From the IMG/VR virus record IMGVR_UViG_3300028456_000002, positions 1-40,772 of that record: a stretch of 40,772 bases of DNA. One strand, written 5' to 3'. The translations under genes were made by a program, and so were the position numbers. This document shows, piece by piece, positions 1 to 13,478 of this stretch. The number at the start of each line of letters is the position of its first letter. Position 1 is the stretch's first letter. The notes beneath the pieces are model-generated. The model ran no database searches. It was given only the letters and a program-made list of their open reading frames with translations, and was not told the DNA's origin. Source of the stretch: a virus (Duplodnaviria; Heunggongvirae; Uroviricota; Caudoviricetes).

Positions 1-1095
1 TTCGTTTCGGATGTCTTCGCTGCGGATGCAGACCTCGCTGCTGCGCTGGCCTGTTCAGCGGCTTCGCCAGCCTTCGTTGTGGCTGTTGAAGCAGACGATG
101 CGGCACTTTCTGCCGATTTTCCGGCGGCAGTGGCTCTGGCTGAGGCCTGCCCGGCACTTGTTGACGCGGCACTGGCAGATGATGCAGCCGCTGTTTTTGA
201 GCCTGCCGCAGCTGAGGCACTCTGTCCCGCTGACGTTTCAGAAGGACCTGGCGTTCGTCTCGGACGTTTTTTGCCGCCTTCGCGGAATTTGCCTGCCGCC
301 GTTGCCGAGGAAGCGGAACTACTGGCGCTCGAGGATGCGTTCGTTTCTGATGATTTCGCTGCCTCTTTTGAGGCCGCCGCATCCCGGGCTGAGGTGGCAG
401 CTTCTGACGCTTTCGTAGTCGCGGTGGATGCAGAAGTGGCTGCTGATTGTTGTGACGCTGCGGCATTCGTTTTCTGACGTTTTCGCCGCACCGGCACTGG
501 TAGCCGCCGCGCTTTTTGAGGACTCTGCAGCGGCAGCACTTTTTTCCGCTTCAGTGGCCTTTGTTGATGCCGTTCCTGCGCTGGAGGACGCTGACTGAGC
601 CGACGAAGCGGCCTGTCCGGCTGACGTGCTGGCTGCGCGTGCTGAGCCTGCAGCATCAGTCGCATGGGTTGCCGCCTCACTGGCAGATGTGCCGGCATCG
701 CCGGCTGACTTCTTCGCGGCTGCCGTGTTCTGTGCCACCGCGGACGCGTTACGCGCCACCTCTTCCACCATCAGTTCAAAACGGCGCAGAGCCTCCGGAC
801 GGGCATCATCCTCCGTCATGGCACCGAGAAAATCATTCAGCGTACCGGGTCGGGAATCTTCATACACGGTGATAGTCCCGGCATGTGACGGCGGGAATCC
901 CTCCACCAACAGAATAACGCTGTACTGACCGTACTCAACGTCCATGCTGTAACGCCCGGCTTCATCCGGATTTTCTGAGGCCAGCGTGTTCACCACCACC
1001 GTGTTGCTGTTACGTTTTGCTTTCAGCTGGATTGTGCAGTTCTGTACCGGTTTTCCTGTGCCGTCTTTCAGTACACCTGAAATCTTTACTGCCAT
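1..1095 (-). pseudogene. stf: Side tail fiber protein Stf, 5' part; gene runs off the left edge and its frame is broken
   Basis: ORF 319..1101 translates to MAVKISGVLKDGTGKPVQNCTIQLKA... followed by Ala/Ser-rich repeats typical of lambda Stf. Frame is lost after ...AAKTSE where the minus strand reads GAAAACG and GAAACG would keep frame. Remainder continues in another frame to position 1. Confidence 0.8.
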
Positions 1096-1103
1096 ATTCA
1101 CCC

Positions 1104-1133
1104 CACAAAAAAGCCCGCCTGAACCGGCGGGCT
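1104..1133 (-). terminator. Rho-independent terminator between lom and stf
   Basis: Minus strand GCCCGCC-GGTTCA-GGCGGGC hairpin followed by TTTTTTG, directly after the lom stop. Confidence 0.55.
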
Positions 1134-1159
1134 GTCATAACACTGTGTTACCTGGCTAA

Positions 1160-1759
1160 TCAGAATTTATAACCAACACCAACGATGAACCCGTCAGTGC
1201 GCCAGTCGCCACTGCCGGAGCCTTCATAAGCGACATCAACGGCCACGGATTCGGTCGGGTTAAACTGCACGCCAGCTCCCCACGCCAGAGAGGTGTTACT
1301 GTGGCGAGCGTCATCACTTCCGGTCAGCACGTCGTGCGTTTTTCCCTTGTTGTCAGTTACGCGGAGATAATCCCCGGAAAAAGTCGACACACGGCTGTAA
1401 GCCACGCCTGCCATCGCATACGCGCTGAACCATTCATTCACGCGTACAGACGGCCCCGCCATCACGCTGAACCAGCGGTTACGCACGGAATCTTCATGCC
1501 AGCGGGTATCGCTGTAATGGGTCAGTTGGCGATTCTTGTCTCCTGCATAGCTGAACGACGTCACCATCCCCAGTGTGTCCGTAAACTCATAACGGTATTT
1601 CACGTTAATCCCGTTCAGATCATCACTGCCGGGAACGTTCGTCCGGGCATGAAGATACCCCGCGCTCAGCGTGGACTGATGTTCAGACGCCCATGCAGGC
1701 GCACCGGATACGGCCAGACAAATGGCTGCGGACAAAATGGCTGCATAAAGTTTACGCAT
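1160..1759 (-). CDS. lom: Outer membrane protein Lom (Ail/Lom family)
   Basis: 199 aa ORF with signal peptide and C-terminus ...YEGSGSGDWRTDGFIVGVGYKF matching lambda Lom from memory; sits between J and stf as in lambda. Confidence 0.9.
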   Translation of the reverse strand: MRKLYAAILSAAICLAVSGAPAWASEHQSTLSAGYLHARTNVPGSDDLNGINVKYRYEFTDTLGMVTSFSYAGDKNRQLTHYSDTRWHEDSVRNRWFSVMAGPSVRVNEWFSAYAMAGVAYSRVSTFSGDYLRVTDNKGKTHDVLTGSDDARHSNTSLAWGAGVQFNPTESVAVDVAYEGSGSGDWRTDGFIVGVGYKF

Positions 1760-1780
1760 AATTACCTCTCGCTTTTCTGC

Positions 1781-1807
1781 AATAAAAAAGGCGTCATTTC
1801 TGACGCC
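1781..1807 (-). terminator. Rho-independent terminator after J
   Basis: Minus strand GGCGTCA-GAAA-TGACGCC hairpin followed by a T-run, between the J stop (1826) and the lom start. Confidence 0.6.
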
Positions 1808-1825
1808 CGTTCTGGGTTATAAAAT

Positions 1826-5226
<3,401 letters not shown>

Positions 5227-5286
5227 TCGTCATGCTCCATAAACGACAAAACCGCCCGCAGGCGGTTTCACATAAAACATTTTGCA

Positions 5287-5934
5287 TCAGCGACCAATCA
5301 CCACAACCTGACCACCGTCCCCTTCGTCTGCCGTGCTGATCTCCTGAGAAACCACCCGCGACCCCACGCGCATTTCACCGTACAGAACAGGCAGGACATT
5401 GCCCTGGGCAACCATGTTATCCAGTGAGGAGAAATAGGTGTTCTGCTTACCGTTATCCGTTGTCTGTGTGCGGGGAGTTCTGGCTTTTGGTGCCAGCATC
5501 TGAGCCACACCGCCCAGGATCATACTGGCCCCTGCCGCATACATGCCCGATACAGCCGCGGCACCCAGCCAGCCCACAGGGTTCCACCATGCCACCGCAA
5601 TCAGCGCCGCACCCAGCACTGTCTGAAAAACACCGCCACTTTTGGCACCCGCCAGACGCGGTACGATGTGGATCACGGCACCATTTGCCAGCGGCTCATT
5701 AAGACGGGCAGATAATTCGGTTTCGCCTGCATCACGCCCGGCAATGCGCACCTGATACCAGCCCTCATTCAGTTTCTGGCGAAACGACGGTAGCTGCGTG
5801 GCCAGCGCCCGGATGGCTTCGGCCCCCGTTTTCACACGAAGGTCGATGCGGCGGCCAAATCGTTGTAAATCCCCGTAAAGGCAGATGCGTGCCATGCCCG
5901 GTGACGCCAGAGGGAGTGTGTGCGTCGCTGCCAT
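5287..5934 (-). CDS. I: Tail assembly protein I
   Basis: 215 aa, MAATHTLPLASPGMARICLYGDLQRFGRR... C-terminus ...EISTADEGDGGQVVVIGR; lambda I family. Overlaps the 3' end of K. Confidence 0.85.
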   Translation of the reverse strand: MAATHTLPLASPGMARICLYGDLQRFGRRIDLRVKTGAEAIRALATQLPSFRQKLNEGWYQVRIAGRDAGETELSARLNEPLANGAVIHIVPRLAGAKSGGVFQTVLGAALIAVAWWNPVGWLGAAAVSGMYAAGASMILGGVAQMLAPKARTPRTQTTDNGKQNTYFSSLDNMVAQGNVLPVLYGEMRVGSRVVSQEISTADEGDGGQVVVIGR

Positions 5935-6575
5935 TTGTCGGTATACCTCTCTCGTTTGCTCAGTTGTTCAGGAATATGGTGCAGCAGCTCGCCGTCACCA
6001 CAGTAAATGGCGGCATGATTCGGCACCGATGAACCAAAACAGCACAGCAGCACATCGCCCGGCTGCGCCGCTGACAACGGCACCTGATACAGCCCTGTGG
6101 CCTCCAGATTATCCAGATAGAGATTCTGACCGTTACGCCACCAGTCATCCTCACGATGAAAATCCGGCATCTCAATCCCCGCCAGATGATAAGCATCCCG
6201 GAACAGCGTGTAACAGTCCGTCACCCCGTGCTCAAAGCGCCGCCCGGTAAGATGTGGCACACAGCGGAACTTGTGAATCGCCTCCCGGCAGACCAGCCAC
6301 CACGGCAAATTACTCTGCACCTGCAGCCGCCTGTCGGCCTCACTCAGCCAGGGCAGACCACCGGGGTGACTGTGGACCAGCACCACAATCTCACCCTGCA
6401 TTTCTGCCTGCAGCCAGTCCTCCGGCGACATCCGGAAATAATCCTCCGGCTCACCGGAGATATTCACGCAGGGAAAATATCTTTCCCCCTCCGGCGTTCT
6501 CACCACGAAGCCGCACGACTCCGCTGGCGCACATCGCCGGGCGTGCGCCAGAATCGCTGATTCTGTCTCTGTCAT
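5832..6575 (-). CDS. K: Tail assembly protein K (NlpC/P60-like)
   Basis: 247 aa ORF with ...HARRCAPAESCGFVV...HSHPGG... motifs of lambda K family. Confidence 0.85.
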   Translation of the reverse strand: MTETESAILAHARRCAPAESCGFVVRTPEGERYFPCVNISGEPEDYFRMSPEDWLQAEMQGEIVVLVHSHPGGLPWLSEADRRLQVQSNLPWWLVCREAIHKFRCVPHLTGRRFEHGVTDCYTLFRDAYHLAGIEMPDFHREDDWWRNGQNLYLDNLEATGLYQVPLSAAQPGDVLLCCFGSSVPNHAAIYCGDGELLHHIPEQLSKRERYTDKWQRRTHSLWRHRAWHASAFTGIYNDLAAASTFV

Positions 6576-6580
6576 GGGAT

Positions 6581-7279
6581 TTACTGCGAAAGTTTGTTAA
6601 TGGAAAGGAAGCCGCCAAAGTTGCCGACGTTATTGCGAAACTTACAGCCGCTCAGGCATTTGCTGCATTTATCCTTCGTGATATCGGAGGTCGGCTGGTC
6701 ATATTCATCCGCGACCGCCGGACCGTGATAACCGCACTCATCACCGCGATAGGTCCAGGTGCAGGTATTAGCCAGCATGATGCGCCCCGGAAAAACGGCA
6801 CCATCCGTTTCCGTCGGTGTGGACAACACAAAGGAGGCACTGACCGCACTCAGTTCGCTGCACTGCTCGATGCGCCAGCGGCTGATCACCTCCTGCTCCG
6901 GATCGGCGTCGCTGTTTCCGTTGACGAAGTTCACCGCATCCAGAAAACGGGCGTAAACCTTACGCCTGACCACCGTTCCGCCGACCAGACTCTGCAGGTC
7001 TTCCGCCATCCCCGTGACCATGCCGTGCAGGTTAGAAACCGTCAGTGTCGGACGGGCAGCACTGCCCTTACCGTTCAGTTCAAATCCCGTCCCCTGAATG
7101 GGGTATGCCTGATACTGCCGCCCCTGCCAGGTAACCGGCTCACCTTTTTCGTTCTGCTCATTACAGAAAAAATAACGTTCACCACCGACCTCTGTCAGAT
7201 CGATTTCCCAGAGCACCACCTGGGCTGACTGAGTGAGGCGTGTCGTCTCATGATGTGTTTCCTGTGGAATATCCTGCAT
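6581..7279 (-). CDS. L: Minor tail protein L
   Basis: 232 aa ORF, lambda L-like, cysteine cluster near C-terminus (CSKCLSGCKFRNN). Confidence 0.85.
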   Translation of the reverse strand: MQDIPQETHHETTRLTQSAQVVLWEIDLTEVGGERYFFCNEQNEKGEPVTWQGRQYQAYPIQGTGFELNGKGSAARPTLTVSNLHGMVTGMAEDLQSLVGGTVVRRKVYARFLDAVNFVNGNSDADPEQEVISRWRIEQCSELSAVSASFVLSTPTETDGAVFPGRIMLANTCTWTYRGDECGYHGPAVADEYDQPTSDITKDKCSKCLSGCKFRNNVGNFGGFLSINKLSQ

Positions 7280-7288
7280 CAGAGCCTC

Positions 7289-7618
7289 CTATGCCACGAC
7301 CTGTTCAAAATCTGCCGTTATGGTTACCCACAGCGCCCCCACGCTTGCCGACCATTTACGACAAACCACCCTGATCGGTTTCCAGTCATAAGGTGGCGTC
7401 CACTGAAATGCGCGGACGCCACCGTGCCGTTCCAGAAAGGCTTTTAAAGATGGGTGTTCACATTTACGAACACGTATCGTCACGCTGTAAGTCGACAACT
7501 GGTTATTCAGTCCCGCCGCACGACGCTGTTCATAACCATCGCCCAGCTTCACTGTCACCACTTTCGGCTCTGATACCACATTCATATCCGGGCGTACTTT
7601 CCAGTGAAACGTCTCCAT
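7289..7618 (-). CDS. M: Minor tail protein M
   Basis: 109 aa ORF METFHWKVRPDMNVVSEPKVVTVKLGDGYEQRR..., position between H and L. Confidence 0.85.
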   Translation of the reverse strand: METFHWKVRPDMNVVSEPKVVTVKLGDGYEQRRAAGLNNQLSTYSVTIRVRKCEHPSLKAFLERHGGVRAFQWTPPYDWKPIRVVCRKWSASVGALWVTITADFEQVVA

Positions 7619-10600
7619 TACCGATATGCTCCACTTAACCGACCACCATCACGGGACTGCTGTTGCATAAAGTCCGCTGCTGCTTTTTTCCCGAGGTCAT
7701 AAACCACCTTCAGGGCAGCCGGACCTATCTGCCCGTTCGTGCCATCGTTATTGATCTCGATGTTGTACTGCGGGGCAAACATCGCCATACCTGAACCACC
7801 AATATCCGCCACAACCCCCAGCTTACCGTCAGCACCACGACACAGAGGCAGAATGGCTTCAGGCCCAGCTTCCCCCATCACACCTGCACCTTTTGCAAAA
7901 GCAAAAAACGTCGGACGGTTAACCACCGTGCCACTGTAGCGACTCAAATCAGCAGACTGATAAACACCACCATCAGCATTGGGCGTCACACTGGCAGTTG
8001 CTGCACTCCCCCAGCCAAACGCCGAACCAATCCCCTTAACTGCCTGCATCATGGACATCTGAGCCATGATTTTTGCCAGATCAGAAAGGAGCGAGGCGGT
8101 AAAAGATTTGAAGTTCAGTTTTCCGGTAGTACAGAACGTTGCCAGTGCATTACCTGCACTGTTAAATGCCGCTGTAAGCATCTGCTCAGCAGTGCCTGCC
8201 GCATTATCCGCATCTGCCGTGAAATTCTGAAACGCCCGCATAGCACCGTTTTTCCAGTTACCCTGCACAACTTCAAGCTGTTGCCAGTAACGGCGATTCT
8301 CATTCAGTTGTCGGTTCAGGCTCTCCGTCAGCGCCTGCTCGGCCTTTCTGTAGTCATCCGTGTTATATGTCCCTTTCTGCTCACTATCCCGCCTCAACTG
8401 CTCCAGCTGTTGCTGGTATTTCTGGCGAAGACTCAGTTGTACCTGATATCGCTGCCGCTGCTGATCACCCATACCCACCGTGGCGATATCCAGGTCATGT
8501 TGCTGACGCTGAGCGCGCTCTTCTTCAGCCAGTTGACTGGTCAGCTGAATTGTTTTTTTCTTCAGATCGTTGAGTGCCGTCTGTTTCTGAAGCTCCTGCT
8601 GTTTTACATCCAGCAGCGTCAGTGCCTGAATCAGTTCATCTTTACGGGCCAGCACACTCTTTTCATCTGCCGTCAGTTTTTTCCCGTCCAGATCGCTGAT
8701 GCGCTGCTGCAGAGCCAGAAGCTGTTTATGCGCTTCTGTCATCCTGTCAGTGGCAATGCCTGCTGACTGTCTGGCAGCAGCAATCTGCCCTTCCACCTGT
8801 GCCTGTTGCTGACTGTACTGCAGCAATAACCGGGTGGCCTCATCATTACGGGTTTCGCGTGTTTTTTTCTTACCGGATGCCAGGGCTTTCTCGTAACGTT
8901 CATTTTCACGTTGTATCGCCGCATCCCTGACAGCCTGGTCGGCGTACTGCATGGCATTAATACGCGCAATTTCACGCTGATGTCGTGCTGCTTCCGTTTC
9001 ATTCATCCGGTTCAGTGCAGCATTTTCAGCATTACGGCGTTTCTGTTGCTCCTGATAATTCCGCTCTGCCTGCTCTTTTGCATCCTGCAAATCCTTCTGG
9101 CGTTTTTTCTCCTGAAGATCGTTAAGACGCTGCTGATCGTATTCAACCTGAGAAGATGATGCCGTCCAGGGGAGTCTTTTCGCCCGCGACACTTTCTCCT
9201 GTAAAGCGGAAATCTGTTCATCCAGCGAGTCTTCACGACCAATATTCATGGCCGCATCCCAGAAACGACTCCATAAATCAGACAGATACTTCAGCGTACT
9301 ACCAAGCGCATTGAGGTTATTATCAATATCCGCAGTACGCCGACCGGTTTCCTCTGCCAGTGCAGACATGGCTATCCGTGCAGCATCACTGGACCGCCCC
9401 TGCTCCCCAAGGACGCGTATCTGCTCAAGCTGAGTGGCAGTAAGAAAATGCAGCTCATTGTCCAGAGCCTTCGCGGCATTTACAGGATCATCCTTCAGCC
9501 GCTTAAACTGATTTATGGTATCGCTGACCGACTGGCCAACCGATCGCTCCATCTGTGCGGCAGCTCTCGCCACCATACCGATATCGTTTCCACGAAATGC
9601 ACCACTCCCCACCACCTGAGCCAGCGCACCGGCTGCAGCATGTTGCGTGATACCATTCCCGGAAATAGCACGACTGAGCGTCCACAGCTGCCCGGCAGTG
9701 ACTCCGGCATAATGCCCCGTCAGCGACAACTGGCGGTTAAATTCTTCCCCCTCCTTCTGACCGTCATACCAGGCTTTACCCAGACCATAGACGGCCGCGG
9801 CAATACCGCCAATAACCCCGCCAAGCATCATGCCTTTCGGTGACATCAGTGTGTCTATCCATCCGGCACGGTTAGCCAGCGTTATCCCGGATCCCCTCAG
9901 CGCACCTAAATTGCCGCGGGCCAGTTCACCTATCAGAACGCCTATCTCCTGGCGGGCCGCTGCACTTTTCAGACCCAGCGAATGCGTGGCTTTTCCTGCC
10001 TGCTCCATTTTGCGGATATACACTTCTGCAGCACTGCTTACCCCCAGTTGGGCAGCCTTAGCACGAAGCAACTCAGAAGAAGAAAGATTCTGGCGGGTTG
10101 CCTGCTCTTTAAGCTGACGGATAAACGCCACTTTCTGTCGGGTAGCCTCTTCCTCAGCCTGCGTAAGAACACGGGTTTTCGCCGTAACCTCAGAAATCAG
10201 CGCCAGATAATCCTGCTGACCAATCCCGCCACTGTTTCTGGCCTGTCGGATCTGCTGCTGAATACGCTGTAATTCCTGCAGCCCCGCACTGGCCTGTTTC
10301 ACACTGTCAATCTGACGATAAAACGCAGCAGCCGCTTTATCCTGAGCCTCCGCCAGAGCCATTGCCTGCGCCTGTTCCTCGCGCATTTTCTGGCTCAGTG
10401 CCTCCATGCGCTGGCGGGTTTTCTCCACCTCGCGGGCCATGCGTTCATGAGCCTGTGCGCTCTTCTCCACCGTCTGCGCATGGACGGATGCGGCTGTTGC
10501 AGCCGAAGACGCCGCCTGCGTTGTCTGCCGGGCGGCCTGAGTCTGACGCTCCATAAAACGCTGCATACGGGCAGAAGACCGTTCTGCATCGCTGGCTGCA

Positions 10601-10722
10601 CCATTCAGAAGGTTTTTGATACGGGGAATTTCATTTTTAAACTCTGCCGCATCAATCCCCAAATCAATGACCAGGTTGGCTATCTGGTCCATAACGCACA
10701 CCTCCGGAAATACCTTCCCCAA
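7618..10722 (-). CDS. H: Tail tape measure protein (H family)
   Basis: 1034 aa ORF, coiled-coil-rich, C-terminus ...NNDGTNGQIGPAALKVVYDLGKK... as in lambda H. True start may be the internal Met at about 10692. Confidence 0.85.
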   Translation of the reverse strand: MGKVFPEVCVMDQIANLVIDLGIDAAEFKNEIPRIKNLLNGAASDAERSSARMQRFMERQTQAARQTTQAASSAATAASVHAQTVEKSAQAHERMAREVEKTRQRMEALSQKMREEQAQAMALAEAQDKAAAAFYRQIDSVKQASAGLQELQRIQQQIRQARNSGGIGQQDYLALISEVTAKTRVLTQAEEEATRQKVAFIRQLKEQATRQNLSSSELLRAKAAQLGVSSAAEVYIRKMEQAGKATHSLGLKSAAARQEIGVLIGELARGNLGALRGSGITLANRAGWIDTLMSPKGMMLGGVIGGIAAAVYGLGKAWYDGQKEGEEFNRQLSLTGHYAGVTAGQLWTLSRAISGNGITQHAAAGALAQVVGSGAFRGNDIGMVARAAAQMERSVGQSVSDTINQFKRLKDDPVNAAKALDNELHFLTATQLEQIRVLGEQGRSSDAARIAMSALAEETGRRTADIDNNLNALGSTLKYLSDLWSRFWDAAMNIGREDSLDEQISALQEKVSRAKRLPWTASSSQVEYDQQRLNDLQEKKRQKDLQDAKEQAERNYQEQQKRRNAENAALNRMNETEAARHQREIARINAMQYADQAVRDAAIQRENERYEKALASGKKKTRETRNDEATRLLLQYSQQQAQVEGQIAAARQSAGIATDRMTEAHKQLLALQQRISDLDGKKLTADEKSVLARKDELIQALTLLDVKQQELQKQTALNDLKKKTIQLTSQLAEEERAQRQQHDLDIATVGMGDQQRQRYQVQLSLRQKYQQQLEQLRRDSEQKGTYNTDDYRKAEQALTESLNRQLNENRRYWQQLEVVQGNWKNGAMRAFQNFTADADNAAGTAEQMLTAAFNSAGNALATFCTTGKLNFKSFTASLLSDLAKIMAQMSMMQAVKGIGSAFGWGSAATASVTPNADGGVYQSADLSRYSGTVVNRPTFFAFAKGAGVMGEAGPEAILPLCRGADGKLGVVADIGGSGMAMFAPQYNIEINNDGTNGQIGPAALKVVYDLGKKAAADFMQQQSRDGGRLSGAYR

Positions 10723-10993
10723 GATGCATCAGTTCTTCGTCCGTTCGCTCCGGTATCCCGTTCTCTTCCGGTAAAAGGCTGAAATCAGCCACCGCAGCAT
10801 CACTGCTGCCGGACACCATTCTCACGATCAATGCCTTCAGCGAGGCAAACTGCGCATCCATCCACACATCACTGAAGCTCTGCATCCGGAAATAATCACC
10901 CCACTCACCAAGCTCAGTGGCCGACATTTCCGACAGCATCCGCCGCCAGTCTGCCCGCCGGAATTCCCGGGCAAGCCGCATGACAAACTGCAT
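10664..10993 (-). CDS. T: Tail assembly protein T region (expected to be made as a G-T fusion by -1 frameshift)
   Basis: 109 aa ORF in the -1 frame relative to G, open across the G stop; same arrangement as lambda G/GT. Confidence 0.7.
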   Translation of the reverse strand: MQFVMRLAREFRRADWRRMLSEMSATELGEWGDYFRMQSFSDVWMDAQFASLKALIVRMVSGSSDAAVADFSLLPEENGIPERTDEELMHLGEGISGGVRYGPDSQPGH

Positions 10994-11001
10994 TTCCCGC
11001 G

Positions 11002-11430
11002 TCAGGACTTTTCCGGCGTCAGCGCCTCATGCTCAAAATCCCCGGCATTCTCAATGGCTCCCATACCGCTCAGCGACAGAACCATCTCCGCCCCCGCTCC
11101 CAGGGCATCATACGACCATGTTGTAATAACGGATGCGTAAAGCGTCTCAACATCCTGAGACTGTTCCGCATTCCACAGTGAGCGGGAAACCAGCCAGGCA
11201 TTGATATCCATCCCCATCCGCAGAAAAGCAATCCGTCGTTCAGCCTCCGGCAGTTCTCCCTCTTCGGCATCAAACTTTGCCGTTCGCTGCCGAAGAAACG
11301 CCAGATATTCAATTCTCTGCAGCCCGGACAGCTCACTGAGCACCACGGACTGTTTTTCATAATTAAACGTGTCCTGTTTCAGAAACATCATGTTCTCCAC
11401 CTGCAAAAAAGCCCCGGATAACCGGGGCAA
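11002..11430 (-). CDS. G: Tail assembly chaperone G
   Basis: 142 aa, ...VVLSELSGLQRIEYLAFLRQ... similar to lambda G; lies between V and T. Confidence 0.8.
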   Translation of the reverse strand: MPRLSGAFLQVENMMFLKQDTFNYEKQSVVLSELSGLQRIEYLAFLRQRTAKFDAEEGELPEAERRIAFLRMGMDINAWLVSRSLWNAEQSQDVETLYASVITTWSYDALGAGAEMVLSLSGMGAIENAGDFEHEALTPEKS

Positions 11431-11448
11431 ATGATGAGTATCGTCCTG

Positions 11449-12192
11449 TTAACCTGCGGCGCTGACAGTCACCGCAGCCACAGCCACAAAATTCCCGTCA
11501 GCGGTCATGCCCACAATGCTGACACTGCCCTGCTTCACGCCTTTCACCGTGACCACAAGTCCGTTCAGGGTCACCGTGGCAGTCTGTGGATCTGTCGAAT
11601 GCACACTGATCGCTTTGTCACTGGCTCCGTCAGGTTTTACTGTAAAGGTCAGCGTGGTGGTTGCTCCCACATTGACACTGGCGGATGCCGGTGCCACCGT
11701 CAGCCCGGTAACGCCCACGGTTTCAGTGCCTTCTTCTGCCAGATACGGACGCCCCACACCGCTGATTTTCACTGTGCGGGTCATCACGTCTTTTGAGGCA
11801 ATGGTTTTACCCAGTGAACTCAGCCAGCCACGGAAAACATCAACAGTACCGTTGGGATATTTGATACGAAACGCGCAGACTTCACCGGAGTCGAACAACT
11901 GAACCAGTTTTTTCTGCCCGCTGTCACCCGGACGCCAGGCCAGCGTCGCCGAAGTATCACCGACGGATTTCTGCCCCTGGGTTGTCGTTTTCCAGTCTGC
12001 ATCTTCATCATCGAGATAAGTGTCATCTTCTGCATCAGCGGTCATTTCGCCAGGCTGCAGATCCTTCACCATCGCAAGACGCAGCCAGTCAGTGTCCGAC
12101 AAAGGGTTCGCAAATGCGTCGCCGTTGCCGGTATACATCCAGAACGTCGTCCCCGCACCTTTCGTCTTTGCCAGTGGATTTGGTGTGGTCAT
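11449..12192 (-). CDS. V: Major tail protein V
   Basis: Start taken at MTTPNPLAKTKGAGTTFWMYTGNGDAFANPLSDTDW (lambda V-like N-terminus); C-terminal Ig-like region. The track ORF extends upstream to 12267. Confidence 0.85.
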   Translation of the reverse strand: MTTPNPLAKTKGAGTTFWMYTGNGDAFANPLSDTDWLRLAMVKDLQPGEMTADAEDDTYLDDEDADWKTTTQGQKSVGDTSATLAWRPGDSGQKKLVQLFDSGEVCAFRIKYPNGTVDVFRGWLSSLGKTIASKDVMTRTVKISGVGRPYLAEEGTETVGVTGLTVAPASASVNVGATTTLTFTVKPDGASDKAISVHSTDPQTATVTLNGLVVTVKGVKQGSVSIVGMTADGNFVAVAAVTVSAAG

Positions 12193-12202
12193 TACCACCT
12201 CC

Positions 12203-12616
12203 TTAATTCGTGTACGTGATCTGGTACGTGATTTCCGCCATCGCCCAGGTGGCCATCTCATTATCACGTTGATAGTTAAAACCGAGTGGGTTCAGGGTAT
12301 CGATGAGTCCGGAAAGTGCCGGTACATCATTCAGGGCCGGGAAAATGGTGCTCTCCATCCACATATCCAGCTCTGAATCCGGTGCCTGTGCCCGGATGAA
12401 GACGGCAATATGCAGAACAGCCTGCCAGTCATCTTCATCCGTCATTTTTCCGGTGTACTGAGCATCACTCAGCCACACCGCCACGGCAGGCAGTTCCTGC
12501 GCATCAATAAATGCAGGAAGCCCGTCAAAAAACGTGGCGCTGTCTCCACACTGTTCCCGAAGGCGTGCCAGTACGACCTGGCGGATTTGTGTATGTCGGT
12601 TCATCGGGTCAGCCAT
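12203..12616 (-). CDS. U: Tail terminator protein U
   Basis: 137 aa with ...ATFFDGLPAFIDAQELPAVAVWL... matching lambda U pattern. Confidence 0.85.
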   Translation of the reverse strand: MADPMNRHTQIRQVVLARLREQCGDSATFFDGLPAFIDAQELPAVAVWLSDAQYTGKMTDEDDWQAVLHIAVFIRAQAPDSELDMWMESTIFPALNDVPALSGLIDTLNPLGFNYQRDNEMATWAMAEITYQITYTN

Positions 12617-13191
12617 AACCTCAGTTGTTGTTTCAGTGCATACCCCAGCTGTTTCGGCATTTCCGCAGCGATGATGCGGTCGCGGGCATCTTCAAATGCC
12701 TGTGTCAGCGGTCCGGATAGTGGGATTTTCACTACCTCCACAGGAAGACGATTTTTTCTTGGCCTGCCCTGATGGTCATGCCCTGTTGCAAAACGCGCTT
12801 CAGGAAGACGCCTCAGAACATGCCAGCGGCCATTCGCCAGTTGCTGAACAAATGCCCCCCGGAAAAAGTATTTTCCCACTCTCAGTCCTTCACCAGCACG
12901 TCGCCGTGTTGTGTTCAGTTTGATGGCGGGCAGATTTCCCCGGTTAACGCGGATCCTGGCCGTCATTTTTCCTGACGGACTGGCTTTAAACACCCGGACA
13001 CGCTGACGTACCAGTTTCAGGGGGATCCCTTTCACCTGGTTATCTCCCGCAACGGTATTCCCGGCAACCTGCCGGGTGGCAACCGAGACCGCTTTCTGTG
13101 CCACACGGTTTATCGCCCATGCGCTGGCCTGTGGCACCATACGGGTATCAAGGCTGTTCAGATTGCGGATGGCATTCTCAAGCCCCTTCAT
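12601..13191 (-). CDS. Z: Tail completion protein Z
   Basis: 196 aa MKGLENAIRNLNSL..., C-terminus ...LGYALKQQLRLWLTR like lambda Z. Confidence 0.8.
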   Translation of the reverse strand: MKGLENAIRNLNSLDTRMVPQASAWAINRVAQKAVSVATRQVAGNTVAGDNQVKGIPLKLVRQRVRVFKASPSGKMTARIRVNRGNLPAIKLNTTRRRAGEGLRVGKYFFRGAFVQQLANGRWHVLRRLPEARFATGHDHQGRPRKNRLPVEVVKIPLSGPLTQAFEDARDRIIAAEMPKQLGYALKQQLRLWLTR

Positions 13192-13202
13192 CCCACACCT
13201 CT

Positions 13203-13478
13203 TTACTCAATAAAGATCATTGGCTTACCGTTAAAGCGTTCATGCCGTGTGACCGTCCAATGTTGTCCGTCATAAACAACGCGATCCCCGCGCCGTGGGC
13301 GGTATCCCGAAGAAAACACCACCAGAGAGACCGCAGGTCCGGACAGAGCATTCAGCTCTGCCAGTGTTTCTCCCGGGATCACAGTCATATCTACATCATT
13401 AATCGAGGCTGTCTTTCCCATCTTTCTGACCGTGATCGCATCCATACGCGCTGCCAGCCGGGAAAAGGGATCAGACAT
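13203..13478 (-). CDS. Head-tail joining protein (FII-like)
   Basis: 91 aa; ...RRGDRVVYDGQHWTVTRH... resembles the lambda FII C-terminal motif; position between head and tail modules. Confidence 0.55.
   Translation of the reverse strand: MSDPFSRLAARMDAITVRKMGKTASINDVDMTVIPGETLAELNALSGPAVSLVVFSSGYRPRRGDRVVYDGQHWTVTRHERFNGKPMIFIE

Noticed and set aside
11-477. Plus-strand ORFs 11..418 and 79..477 (Ala/Leu-rich translations)
   Set aside because: They are antisense to the Ala/Ser-rich repeat region of stf; low-complexity coding sequence gives open frames on the opposite strand.
6254-7228. Plus-strand ORF of 324 aa
   Set aside because: Antisense to tail genes K and L, Pro/Arg-rich translation typical of a spurious frame.
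8281-8766. Plus-strand ORF of 161 aa
   Set aside because: Antisense to the tape measure gene; Leu-rich translation mirrors the coiled-coil coding sequence.
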